DNA of 64,000 nucleotides from Orbicella franksi (Eukaryota): the NCBI GenBank assembly GCA_964199315.1, contig OZ116704.1, forward strand, positions 29,078,001 to 29,142,000, read 5' to 3'. The notes under the pieces were generated by a model, which worked only from the letters and a program-made list of their open reading frames with translations, was not told the DNA's origin and ran no database searches. The stretch's first letter is position 1. Every line of letters begins with the position of its first letter. Made by a program: the position numbers and the translations under genes. Below are positions 23,801 to 36,684 of the stretch, in pieces.

Positions 23801-24859
23801 AAGATCGACCCTAGCTAGCTCACAGGTTTCGGCTGGAAGTTGTGAAATAAGCAACCGATAACGTCATGAGGGAGTGGCAACTTCGGAATAGCCTGGAGTG
23901 CTTGCGCTGTTCTTGATTGGATAGTAAAAATCTAAGACCTTACGTGCTTTAACAAAGATTTGTCAAAAACAACGACACTTGTCTCGCCCACTGTTTCTCT
24001 TAGGGACGTGGCGCAAAAACGGGTCACTGTTCTTCTCAAGGTAACACAACTCAACAAGGCTTGCTCGTGTTCGACTGCAAAAAATGCTAAGCTTGAAACG
24101 TTGAATTAAACAAGTTGTATCTTGAGGTCATGCTGATCGTTTTCGGGTTCACTGTCAATCAATTTAATGTAATATGCTTGCTTTTTTTCAGCATTGTATT
24201 GAAGGGAAGATGACTTTTGCACCAGTCTTTTATGGCCTGGACTGCGGGGCATACCCTGAGAAACCGAAGGGTTCATGGCATAACCACGGTTACCAAATGA
24301 TTGGCATGTTTAAGAAAGATTGGGAACGGATTGGAGGTAGGTTGAAGATTTTCTACCATTTTCTTGAATTCGAATATTAATTTTGAAAGATGAAAGATTG
24401 TTTATCACTGTGCCCAAAACAAACAAATGTCTCAGTTTCATTGTTACTTTCGCAAAAAAATTTGAACCCAGCAAAAACAATCAGAAACACAGCACAAATT
24501 CTGTCCTGTTGCGTCATCAGAATGGAATGTTGTGGGTCCTTTCCCGAGCGGTAGAAGCATTAGGCTTCTAGTTACCTCGTTAGAAAAATAAGGCATCAGA
24601 AACCAAGAAAATACAATAGTGTTCAGACTGTAAAAACAGCGTTAGTTGTCACCCAAAGATATCTCTGCACAGTCTTTCTTTCAACAACGTAAATCCTGCC
24701 TTTTTAGGACTGGACGAGGGTGTAAACGATCATCTGGCAGCCTGGGACCTAGTGGATCGTATTTTATCCAATGGACTGCACGTGGCCCGGATGAAGAGAG
24801 CAAACCTGTTTCGCCTGTTTAATCCTGAATCACGTAAATCGCAAGCCTGGCGAAACTAG
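20857..24859 (+). CDS. Beta-1,4-N-acetylgalactosaminyltransferase 3/4-like protein (PA14 domain + GT7/CHGN domain), 606 aa, catalytic motifs degenerate
   Basis: Exons 20857-21842, 22796-23333, 24192-24336 and 24708-24859, all phase-consistent. N-terminal TM anchor. PA14 (YGQRIYGFLQPPETGYYKFVLYSDDGSEFW...YPLEIIHLQG...VELHW). C-terminal RKHCIEGKMTFAP...DWERIGG...WDLVDRIL resembles B4GALNT3/4. Confidence 0.9.
22038..22613. mobile_element. Non-autonomous DNA transposon with about 40-bp near-perfect TIRs, in B4GALNT-like intron 1
   Basis: Left CCTTATTACATGAAATTTTAGCGACACGTTAATTTCGCGA and right TCGCGAAATTAACGTGTCGCGAAAATTTCATGTAATAAGG (1 mismatch). An internal minus-strand acidic peptide remnant reads VYKAIERFKQLVEQHY...ESSSDEED. 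Confidence 0.85.
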
Positions 24860-26083
24860 ACAGTGATATGAATGAATGAATTATAAGCGATATCAGCAAA
24901 TGGACTAAGATTTCGCAAAGTTTTCCTCCCAAATTTTTTATTCCTTGTACGTATGGAGACCATACACGAACTACTGAATAAAAATCCTCTAAATCACTAA
25001 TAGGCTGTCATAATGAAATGAACGTTGTTTTTGAATGCTAACTTGAAGGCGTTTCTAATCCACCCCTAGGGTTGGTTAATTTTTGCAAATTAATCTTGAT
25101 TGAATAAAAATAAAAATAAAACATCACCATGGTTTTCTGGGCGGGAAATCAGATGGAAAAGGGCGGGTTATAGTTAATTTACAGGGATTTAAAGATTCCC
25201 TACGGCAAGGGACTACTTCGGTTTCTTTGGCCGTGAGGGAGTAGGCAGATCTTTGTAACGGGGACTCAGCGTCCTGGGTACGATATCGTATGCCGTTGCT
25301 AAGCAGTGAAGGCTTTAATCGCTTTTTGTTGGTTTTTCTCGGTGTTTAGCCAATCAGAAATCGAGTAAGTTTTGGAGACGAAAAAGGTTCTTGCAAGCCA
25401 TATATATCTGATCAAAATTATTTTTTAAATATTTTTATACGTTTGATTACTGTACAAAACGGAGCACCTTATCTTTCAGCCGTCCCATATAAATAGTTTT
25501 TGAGTTGAAAATTCGAGCCTTAGTTCCACTTAATGTCAATGAATTGTTAGTTAAACATTTCGTAACTTACCCATTAATACTACAGAATATTTAGAACATT
25601 TGATTACTGTACAAAACTGAGTGCCCTATTTGCCGGCAAATACAAACGGCTTTTGAGACGAAAATTCGAGTCTAAGGTTCTATTTCTGAAGGTCAGTCAA
25701 TTGTTAGACTTGCACGATGACCACAATAATCCTATACAAATATAAAGAAGTCTAATGAAAAACCGACAAACAAAATAGTCTAATACAAACAAAATAAGCT
25801 TGTCTTGTTACAGCTGCAGAAGCTTAAAGACTCTGATAAAGCTATCTGTGTGTGAATCTTATTTTATTCTAATACGTTTCTAAAACTATCGCTTGTTTTT
25901 GCTTCGTCAGAATTGAGAATTTATGCACCTCACCTACGGCTTGGTCCATAAAATTGCTAAAAGACAGAAATTGACCTAACATTTCCCAAATACGGACTTC
26001 ACGCTCGTTCAATAAGATATTTAAAGTGGAAAGGTTGGTAACAGAGGTTTACCATGAAAGTAAATATAGGTATTAAATACTGT

Positions 26084-29000
26084 CTATTGTAAAGCGTTTC
26101 TAATTTTGTCTTCAAATCCTGCCAGCAGCATCATTATTATGAATCCAAGGAGAAGTCCCACGTTTTGCAATACTACAAAATATCGTCGATCACTTGCTCT
26201 TTGCGTGATGGCAGAAAACATCTCTGGAATCTATGAAGACAAAATGCAAGAACATTAAGAGCCTGGTGCTTAAACGAATATGCTCTCATTGCCCCTTTTA
26301 TTGGGTAAAGTCACAGCTTAAGTCTGCGTTTGAACGTAGTGGCCCATGAAGCCAGTGATTATGGAGGCGGCGTGGCCGAAATCCGGAGGTCGCGGGTTCA
26401 AGGCCCGCTCTGACAACTAAGCGGGAATTGTTTCTCGGTAGACCCTTGTTCAGCTTCTTGGTCATGGTCGTAAATAGCCAACTGGTTTGCCTCCTACCAG
26501 TTGGGATTTTCAATCCTATTATTTTTATTTGAAATTTTTCTTTCTTTCAGTTTAAGTGGCACTGATGCCGTAGATCGAACTAGCTAGTTGTAGCCAAGCG
26601 CATCGACCACTATAAACATTTAACATCTCCGGTTTCTGCAGCATTAAGCGACGAGAAGTATTTCTAATCCCCCTAGGTGGGATGTTAATCCATCGCAAGG
26701 TTACCCCCAGTATTTAATTTGCTGGTACCCACTTAAACACCTGGGTGGAGAGAGGCACTGTGAGAGTAAAGTGTCTAGTCTAAGAACAGAAACGTGACAA
26801 TGACCCGGCTAGGGCTAGAACCCGGACCGTTCGATCCAGAGTCAGCGCATTACTATCAACTGTGGGATTTTCTCCTGATGTACCTCCGAATTCTCAAACC
26901 TTACAATAAAAGAAATGTATGGAAGTCTGTAAAGAGAAGAGATATTTTAAGCTTGGGACTTTTTACTCACCATCTCTGCCAGGGCAACGTAAATAAACAT
27001 GCCCGCTATGACAGCAAATATCCAAGCTGTCAGATTAAGACTGGAGCCTAGTAATGCTCCTATAATGACTCCTATGTAGGAACAGACGTAGCTGAACGAG
27101 AGTAGACCCAGGGATCTAAGCAATGATAGACCACACGAGACGAAGATGGCAAAGGTACCTGAAAGTCACACGAAACGATTAACTAGAAAAGTACGAAATA
27201 TTTATGCTTGTCAATCTCTACTAATAGTGTAGGTTTAGCTTAGAGCCAGCGCATGTAAGATCCGGTGCTAAGTGACCTAAAGTGAACGCCACAGTATCTC
27301 CTTTCTTTTCTCCGCAGAGGATCGAACGTTCGTTATATAAATGCACTTGCAAAGTGAGTGCAGGCGCAAAGTCAAATGGATCGCTCGGGCGGAGCCCGTA
27401 AGGTTCCGTAACCTTGCGCCTGCACCTGCATCACTCAGCGGATCCCCCACCAGCAAAATCCTTGAAGGGAGCCTCTGCAGAGGAGAGAGAAATCTCCCCC
27501 ACTCGCCTACAGACATCCAAACTCAAATATCATAAAATATTTCAATATCATAAAATATTATAATTAGTATCAAAGGATTACATATTCAGATTTGTCGTGT
27601 CACAGTCATTTACGAGGCAGCAACATTTTCCTACCAACTGCATGAGGAATTTCATGAAACAGCACAGCAAATGAAGTACTTAGACCATCTCCGGCAGACT
27701 TTGAGAAAGCTGCTCCAACAGCCAGGCCATCAGCCGCTGTGTGTAACGTATTACCTAATAACATCATGCCTATAAGAGCCTTGTTTGTCTTAGACTCGGG
27801 TTCTTCTAATTTGCTTTTACTTTCGGACTGCATTAGATAGATAGTCTCCTGGGCTTCAGGTGTTGAGCCGTGCGAGTGAATATGGTCTCCCTGTAAAAAC
27901 GAAGAGTACGTGACTGTGAGAATGCGTGACACATGAAACGTACAATTTGCTTGAAGGAGTTAGAAACAAAGTGGGCTAGTCCATGAAACTGTCAATTGGA
28001 TGTGCTGTATGCTTACAGGCCCGTATTTAGTTTTCTATGAGTTTTCCATAGACCGAGTCACTGAGATCAAATTTAAAAAACGCAAGTGCTTCTAAGTTGA
28101 ATTCATTTCAATCGAACTGGGCTATTAAAACTTTCAATGATGTTTTAAAATAGCAAAGACGACACTCCTATAAGCCTCGTGACACAACGCCGCATAATCT
28201 AGATTGTTCCTGAGCCTATCACTTTTGCGCTTACCAGTAGGAACACAAATGCCGAGATTTCACACCATTCTAATTTGTAGTGGATATGTAGGTAAATAAC
28301 TGGTGAAAGGTCATTTAAATATGAGCTGCGTTAGTCAACAGCTACATATTACAATGGAAAAAAGCAGTTCTTACCTCCATTGCGCAAAAGAAAAGATGAA
28401 ACAGGTAGAAAAAATATATACTGCAAATTACTAGCGCGGAACGCCATAAGACCACGTGAGCGCCTTCGGAGTCTCCCGTGGAGCCGCCATGTTCGTGGTA
28501 AAAATTAGGATTTAATGCCTATAAAATAATAAAAAATATATCTATCTTATTTCTGCGCTGGATACTTTCTAAGATTTTGAAATTATTGGTTCTTTTCCAA
28601 GAGTCTTATTCTCTCAGAAAATTTCCTTTAAAGTAAATTGAGAAGGGTCTGATTCGCTATATGACTGAAGGCTGAAAACGCCAGCCACATATTTTAAAGT
28701 TTGTTCATATTTCAATCCCCTGACCGTCGTTTGCCTCTAAAGCCCCGTCCACACTATACCGAAGGAGATGAATAAAACGGAAGTTTCACTCTGAAAACGC
28801 ATCAAATGTTTTCTGTCCACACTACGTCGGAGGAATTTAAAACGCAACAACCACCAGTCATTTTGGATTTATGTTTGAGGAAAACGTGGACAGGGAGATC
28901 ACGTTATTATCAAGACTACATCGTTGTGGAAAAGTTCCGTTTTCGTAACGGATTAGAAAACCAGCGGCCTAACCGTAGAAATAAAGCTGCGTTTCAAATT

Positions 29001-29714
29001 TCTCCGCGTAGTGTGGACGCCGCCTAAGTATTAACATGTCACGAAAATAACTAGGCAACAAATAATGCCTGTTTCGTCATCAGTCATTTGAATTTGACAG
29101 ACCACAACCTGAACGTTCGCACCCAAAGCTGTGACAACACAGCTGGTACAGTTTTACCCCCATATGTCACTAGTATTTATCGAATTGACAAAACGTTTCC
29201 AATGAATGGTCACGGATGAAATTTCAAACGTGGATAGGGAACTCCTGGTTTGAAGTTTCAAGTCTTGAAGTTTCTCAATTAGAGACGAGATTTTTGCAAC
29301 TTGATAAATCAATACCAACTGGGCTGTACTTTGGGCTCACCAGTCAAAATCACATTCAATTAGATCATATTTTTTTCGTTTCGTGTTCACGTTAGATGTA
29401 AAGGACGGTGAAGTAAACCTTTCACTATTAATTGGATAAAAGATAATTTATTTGAGCATTTATCTGACTTTTATATAGAATATACTTTTCACTCGAGAAA
29501 AGGCGACTTCAAATCATTCTAGAGACACAAAGGAAGCTACTTACATGAGGTAGGAGATGGAATACGGCGTCACCCGCCATACACGCGGCCCCCAACGCTA
29601 TGAGAACTGTGATCACGTGATCACGATAGCTACCTAGAGCTGGGCATATAACGGCTGACGACAGTACAGCGCAGACAAAAACTATTGTTTGCGCAGCACT
29701 TCCCTGCCAAATAG
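26084..29714 (-). CDS. LIV-1-subfamily ZIP (SLC39A) metal transporter, transmembrane part; N-terminal exons lie further right and were not resolved
   Basis: Exons 29714-29545, 28518-28375, 27890-27635, 27158-26971 and 26230-26084, phase-consistent to the stop. Motifs: ALGAACMAGDAVFHLLPH, His-rich loop GDHIHSHG, LHTAADGLAVGAAF, HEIPHAVGTFAI, AGMFIYVALAEMIPEM, LQNVGLLLGF. Confidence 0.92.
26320..26856. mobile_element. Nested SINEs: family-B SINE (+, 26363-26626) inserted in a family-A SINE (-, 26320-26362 and 26627-26856)
   Basis: The family-A tail (AAGTCTGC...GTGGCCCAT..GCC) is separated from the family-A body (CTCCGGTTTCTG.AGCAT.AAGCGAC...) by an element with a tRNA-like head (GGAGGCGGCGTGGCCG...GCGGGTTCAAGGCCCGC) and a CCACTATAAACATT tail. 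Confidence 0.7.
28741..29025. mobile_element. MITE with GTCCACACTA.../...TAGTGTGGAC termini
   Basis: Inverted termini GCCCCGTCCACACTA and TAGTGTGGACGCCGC, located in a ZIP intron. Confidence 0.6.
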
Positions 29715-29799
29715 CTGTGAACAGCGATAAAAACAAAGTGATTAGCGAAAATTAGTTAACTAATATCATGGATGACAAATTATTCCTTAATTTTTGCAC

Positions 29800-30010
29800 G
29801 AAATTTCAGCCTTAATTTATAATTTTAAAACATAAGCAAGCGAATGTTTAAGTCAATAGCCGACGTTTCGGCGACGTCAAGATTTGATTTCTATACTTTT
29901 ACATTAATTTATTCACTTTGCCTTGAGAATGGTATCACGATGACACCATATCGGCTTGTTTATGTTTTAAAAAGTCGTTATTGATCAAGAATTTATAATT
30001 TTACATGTGA
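29800..30010. mobile_element. Penelope-like terminal remnant with inverted duplication
   Basis: A minus-strand GCCGAAACGTCGGCTATT...TTATGTTTTAAAA faces a plus-strand degenerate CTTGAGAATGG...ATCGGCTTGTTTATGTTTTAAAA, as expected for inverted Penelope pseudo-LTR fragments. Confidence 0.45.
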
Positions 30011-33000
30011 AATTACAAAATTGCAAGGGCAACGTTTGGCGCGAAATTTCTCGATACAATAACCAAGTAAAAAACCTAGGATTGTAAGCGCAATTTGACA
30101 CCCATGATATAAGAAGTAATCAAATGGTGTATTTATTCGCGTTTTGACAAAATTCTAATTATTTCCCTCGCCAAAACGCGCGCGAAATGATTTCCTAATT
30201 TCACTCGTCTTGACTTGAATGTCATGGAAGACAAATTATTCCTTAATTTTGGCGCGAAATTTCATACTAATTCGCATACTAATTACGATTTTAAAGTCCC
30301 AAGAGAGTTAAACCAAGCTAATCAGATGACGATATTTAAGACACGTGACATTGGTTTATTCGCCTGGACAGTTTTCGTAATTGCGCGGTCGAATCAACAT
30401 GGCGTGAAAAAATTCGGAAACGAATTATGATTTGTCTTTGAGTAATTACAGCTCGGGAAAGCTTGGACGGAAAGCTTGCGGAAAGAGAACAATCTTCGCG
30501 CAGTGTTTTCGTTCTAGTGTTCGGTTTCTTAATTACAAATGTAAAGGTAGAACATTTAACAATGGTATTCTTTTGACATGCGCATCTTAAGTTTGATTTT
30601 CAGTACCTCGAATTTCATCCACTTAATTATCCTTGGTTGAATAAAATAGTAAAAGATGAACGGATTACTTTCGTTTGCGAAAAATTACACCATAACATTT
30701 AGCGGTCGTTTTAAGAACGTAGCTTTAGGCCACAGTGCATTCGTCGTATTATACCTTAGCAACCTGAAAGGCATACGATATTGAAGACAAAGAGTTCTAG
30801 CCATATTTAAATTTTCTTGCATACTCCTCAAATATTGAATAAACATGGGGTTGAAAATTGAAGCCAAACTGGTACCGACGTTTGCCAAAAAAAGAACATA
30901 TTTGGTCGATCTGAATTTTCTTCGAGAAGAAATTAACAAAACGCTACCTTTAATTAAATAAGAAAATGATCTTTTAAAGCCTTCAGTCTGGTGTTGTAAA
31001 CTAATAAAAAAATAATAAATAAAATAATATTATTCTCGTAGTCTTTTGTGCAAAAAGTATCAGACCATAACCATGGAAGATGCTGTTAGTTGTACAATAC
31101 TTCATTGAAAACATTGATCTCAAAAACGCAATGATCTTGAGAGGCGCTGACGGCGAGGTTTCATATACTGACGGTTAAATCTTCAGCACTGGTTGAAAAA
31201 AACACTTCAAAAATCAATGTACTTTAGGGCAACAGAGTCCGCCTATTAGTAAGAATTTACAAACAATATATTTTCAATATCGCTAAATATGACTTGTGAT
31301 ATTGCAAAGTTCAAAATTACCTACTCTTCTGAGGTTTTAGTCTCGTCAGACTTAAGACCCTGTTAGAACTTGATGTTTTACAAAGTTATAACTTGACCGG
31401 GTTCTTAGTTTTTTGATAGAGCACATTTGAATTTCCAAGCTGTTGCGTCGCGTGACATTAAACTGGTTGTTGCGTAGATCAAAAGATAACTTTCGTTTAA
31501 GTTTTCGCTAAATGAACAGTTCTTGCATTAGAAGGAGTATCAATTTTAATGTGTGGGCGCTCTAGAATGATAACGTTTTGTTTTAATAGCAAAACTCTAT
31601 GACAGAGATGTTTCGATTTTGTTAGTTTAGGCCGCCATATTGGCCCTCCTCTCAGAGACGCCAATATGGCGTACCACTGTAAATTAGATTGAAACATTTC
31701 TCTGCACAGACCTACGCCTTGACGAAATGCTTATATAACAATCATTTATCACATCACCGATTCTTGACTTAATCTACTGTACGGTTATGACTTTTATTTT
31801 TTGATGGCATGGCAGTGAAATCTACTGAGGAATATACGAGCACTAGATTCTACTTACTTATTACTTACCTCTGATTATGGTCATAGCGCCACGGCGCTTT
31901 CAGAAGCGCGGCTTTGCCCGGCGAAATCAGGCCTTGCTTCGAGTGTTTCGATCGATTCAACACAACACTTACAAAACAAAATCCGTTAATATGAAGGATG
32001 GTGTCTTCGTCATCGTGAACTCTGAAGAAATAAAATAACAGCGCGACAAATCTAGTCAGCGGTCTACAAGACTTCAAGTGGCTCAAACCACCAGTCCCCC
32101 AGACAGGTGAAGTATTGTCCATTACAAAAACACAGCAAAGTCCAGTTATCAAACACTAATGATGAAACCTTAGACAAACGTTTCCATCAATATTAGAAAT
32201 TGAAACGTAGCGAAAAAAACCCCACTTAGCTCAGGCAGTTTTATTTCAGAAACTAAAACGACCCAACGAACACAACACTGGCAGGGTCAGCAAGCTCCAT
32301 TTTTGGGATCATACCCTTGATTCATGATCTAATGTTCTGTTTGTGATATGGATTTTGATGAAATGACAAGAATTAGCGAATAAATAGACAGGCGCAATAG
32401 TTTACACAGTTAAATTATAGCCTGAAGCAAACGGGTTTAGGGTAATTTCTAAGCGGAAAGAATTAGGGGTAGAAGTAAAAGGTGGTTTGAAGATTCTTTG
32501 AGGAGGAATTTAAGAGTTTCAGTTATTTTTTTTAACCATGTGTAACCATTTTTCCGTGGAATAAACTGATCCGTGACTGGCAGATACTTTCAATGTGCAT
32601 TTGACACCAACGAAGTGTTTAGCTGATTATAGTTACAAAAATGTACGTAAAAAATAAAACTTTTACCGTGTGTCTTCAGCTGTTTGTACAGTAGAGCGAA
32701 AATGTTTGTATTTATGGTGAATAGTAAGAGACGTTTTTCTATTTTTCTGTGATTTATTTAAATATTAGAAGAAAAGAAAACAATATCTGAGGTAATATGT
32801 GCTGTTTGAAATAAACGTCATGCTTAATGCTTAACCTCTCTAATTGCGTCTATACATACTAGCTTCCCTCTGTAGAAAAGAACCGATACTTACATTTATA
32901 GCAAGCTGTGTTTTTCAGCGGTAACCTTTTTCTCTTGTCAACAGGCCGAGGATAATACATATGTGAAAGACATTGAATTGTTCCCTTACGCGTCAAGACT

Positions 33001-36000
33001 GACACATTTGCAACCGTGTGAACTTCAAATGGTTTGTTTCAACTTGAATTGCCATTATGTAACCATGGCAATACTAGCAAACAGTTAGCGCGAGAAGGCG
33101 TGAGGTGATATTGCCCGCGCGCAGGTTCAGTCGCGGGGAGGGAAGGGAAGGGGACATTTGTCACGCCAGAGCCCGCGCGTGTTCGATTAGCGATGACCAA
33201 ACGTGCCACGTTCCGGTAAAAATCAACAACCGGAACCACAAAATACTAGATTCGTGTTCTGTGGTAAAAATGACGAGTGAGTTGCAGAGAAAGATACATT
33301 GAGGCAAACGATTTTACTGAGTTAATCCGCGAGATGTATTCCTGTAAGAAAACGCACAGTTACGTTAGTAATTTGTCGAACGTGTTCACGTCCGCGGCAA
33401 GGAATCGAAAGACAATGTGGAAACATGAACGAAACGACACTGCCTGGCTTCTAGCAAAGCCTCATCCCGGCTAAAACTCCTACATAAAACCCATAGCTAG
33501 TATTTTCAGTTTTCAGTGAATAAACTTTTCAGAATTCAAATTTTACGGAGATTGTTCAAGGTCGGGTATCTTTACCAAGATTGCATAAATTTCCGACGTG
33601 ATTGTGTACCCGAAAAGATGGCCGGCACGAACGATATGAAACTGTAAATTTAGTTTACGAAATGATAACCTAGGGCTGGCGTAAAGTTGTAGGTGACAAA
33701 CCTCTTTGCTACATTTTACAGGTTAACTCAAACATTACGCTACCTGTTTGGTTGGTTGGTTGCTTGGTTAGGTTGTTGCCATTCCTTGCCAGTTCCTGTT
33801 CAGTTACGATAGTTAACGTTGACCCATTTTTAACGAATTTAGAAGTTGAATGACACAAGAAAACATGACGATGACACGAGAATTGCTAAATGAACATTTA
33901 GATTATTATTAACTAAACACAACTTGACAATGTGTCATTACAGTCTACGACAGGCCGGATTTATAATTACTTACCGTACGGAGCCGTGTGTACTGCCCTG
34001 ATATTCTGCGATATCAAGTCCCTGACCTGATATGGTTACGGTATCATGCTCACTTGGCCGAATTCGGGCAAGGTAAATATCTAATCGTACCTTTGTTCGG
34101 CGGCGTATCAAGTTCGTTTGATCTCGCCATGGGTATTTTGGCTTCACTACTTCTCGCCAAAATACGAACCATACCTCGACCAATTCACAATCACCTGATA
34201 TGTCACCGATGCGTACAAAAAAAGGCACGACTAGGTATAAAAATTACGATGGCACGTTAGTATAATTTGCGGCAGGTGTGTTATAACAAAATGCGACAGG
34301 CATTTTGACAATCCGCGACAAGGTATGACAATGCTAAAACACAAAGTTGAAAAATACGCCCGCAAAGCGTGCATAGTAGAAAATGGACGGACTGGACTTT
34401 GCTAGAACATCATGGAGAGCTTGGAAAGGCGTTTCGGATTTTAGGCTGCCTAAAGTCGTTCTGTCGTGCTCTAAGGTTTAGCTTAGATTTTCGCAGTGTC
34501 TGTTTCCACTAAAGATCATTAATGGGCAGTACAAAATTAATAGGGCATTGGGCAAAATGCTAGATCGGACATTACCCTTATGCAGACAACAGTCATATAG
34601 GTCACAGTCGCTCTCAAGTTCTTGCTTTATTGAGTGAAAATGAGACCAGCTCGCTTTTTAGAATAAACATGTAAGCTTATATACTATACGCTAAACATCA
34701 TTGCTATTGAAACCCTGTCGCTATTGGGGATATCATAATATGTGTGATAAATATAATAACATTGTTATAATAATTAATGATAACAAATATTTGGACAATA
34801 ACGAGTCGACAGAGATATGATCACAACAAACTTTTTTTTAATGAAAACAGTTATTTAATGTAGTAAGGATGCGGCTAAACGAATACTTTTTGAAACAAAG
34901 CAGAAACAAATCTTGCTTACGTTTGACATATCTAGAATTAACATATATCGGAAAAATGGAACAATTTTAAGTAAGTGGCCAACTTTATTAATACATCAAT
35001 ACTCGAAGCCGAGCATCAACAATTATCTGGCTTTGTCAAGGATTGGAATAACAAACTTATAGATCCAATAAGAACTCTTTAATATTGCCTAATTTTGTTT
35101 TCATGGAAATAAATTCGTTGTTATTACATGAAAGAAACTTCATACCATTTTCAAATCAAGCTATGATAAATTTAAAAGATTAAATAGAACCATAAAATGA
35201 AAAATATACACCCATGTATGCTAGAATTATAATACAATGAATTAAATCGCTGAATCAAGGTAAGAAACAGGTAAATGCCATGTTTCATTTGAGCTATGTA
35301 CATGAAAGTTAAAAAATAAACTCAGAGGGAAAGAGCCATTAGATTACATACGATTTCGACAAAAGTCCTTGGAACACTTTGAAAAACAGAACGAAAAGCC
35401 GTTTAGTCGATGTTCAACGAAATAGACGAGTATTTTTTTTTTGTTAAAACTCCAGATTTATTTAACAAGGAATATCCACAACAGTCCCGAGGAATCTTGA
35501 CGAAAACTGTAGAAAGCCATTTTAATTTGTATATTTGTAAGATCTGTTGTAAACTTGCATAACTTGAAACAGACAATACAACCGTTAGCCAAAGAACGTT
35601 TCTTCAAAGATGTTACTTACAAAAGCGAGGACTTTTTAACGGCTGTTGAACTGAACATTTGGATTTTATATTTAACACCCAGTCATAGAAGCTACCTTAA
35701 ATGTAACGGTTTAAAAATGCTCTCACTTCGACAATATTCAACCTGGTGTGTTAGAACTTCATGCAGTTATGTGAATTTAGCGTCACTCAATTCTGAAAAT
35801 CACATGGTAGTTTCATGTAAGTGATGATTATCTCACGTCAGGGAGGTCATACAATTATGATGTAAAGTCCTTGTTCATGGTCCGCAACAGCGCCGCCTTA
35901 CATTTTGGTAAAAACCTTTTTTCGATAGCTGTACACGTGAATTCGCTACTTTCTTCAAAAGTTAAGCAAAGCAAATAAAAACAGTTTTCCCAAGCAAACA

Positions 36001-36684
36001 TATACACAAAACTTAGTATTGTACCCTAGCAAAATTTCGAAAATATACATTTTTTAAGTAAAGTTTTTTTTACATATTTAGCCTCCATCTTTGGCGTTTA
36101 ACGCGTAAAAAAGCGAAATAAAAAAGCAAACAAACAGAGAAGTCAACTGAGATTGATGGTCCCTTGAGAAAAACTCAAAACCTTTCTATTTGAATGTGGC
36201 ATTAATGTTTACTTTGCAACCAGGCATTCTACTCAATGATCGTTCTTGTGAACCGAACAGCATAACGGTTTACCCAGCGCATCGTACTGCATTTAAAACA
36301 AGCTTGATTCTCCTTAATTTGACACAAATCGATAAAACGTGCATTTAGCAGCAAATAATTCCATTTAAAGGTGACTCAAAGCTAAGCGAAAACATCTATC
36401 TTTCTGATACAGAGAATTTTGCGTTAACATCATCATTCACAATTCAAATGAAGACGCCTCTTTATGTCCCCACCTGTTTTAAACAGACCGTGCACGTTTT
36501 CCCCATAATTTTGAATGGCATCAATAATCTCATCTTACACTTAATTTAAATAGAATTACTCTTATCCTCTCCGACGCTTTTCCAGAACGGAAAACTCCCT
36601 TGTATTTCTCTCGCTACCTGAAGAACTCTTGACGCCCATATCTCTGGTGTTGGAAGTTTCAATTCCGAGTTCCGAGCCTTAATT

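Noticed and set aside
25197-25330. UUCG-capped hairpin followed by a T-run, as a possible Pol III RNA
   Set aside because: I saw no recognisable A/B box or known-family motif, and the flanks resemble a common non-autonomous repeat. It is most likely transposon-internal.
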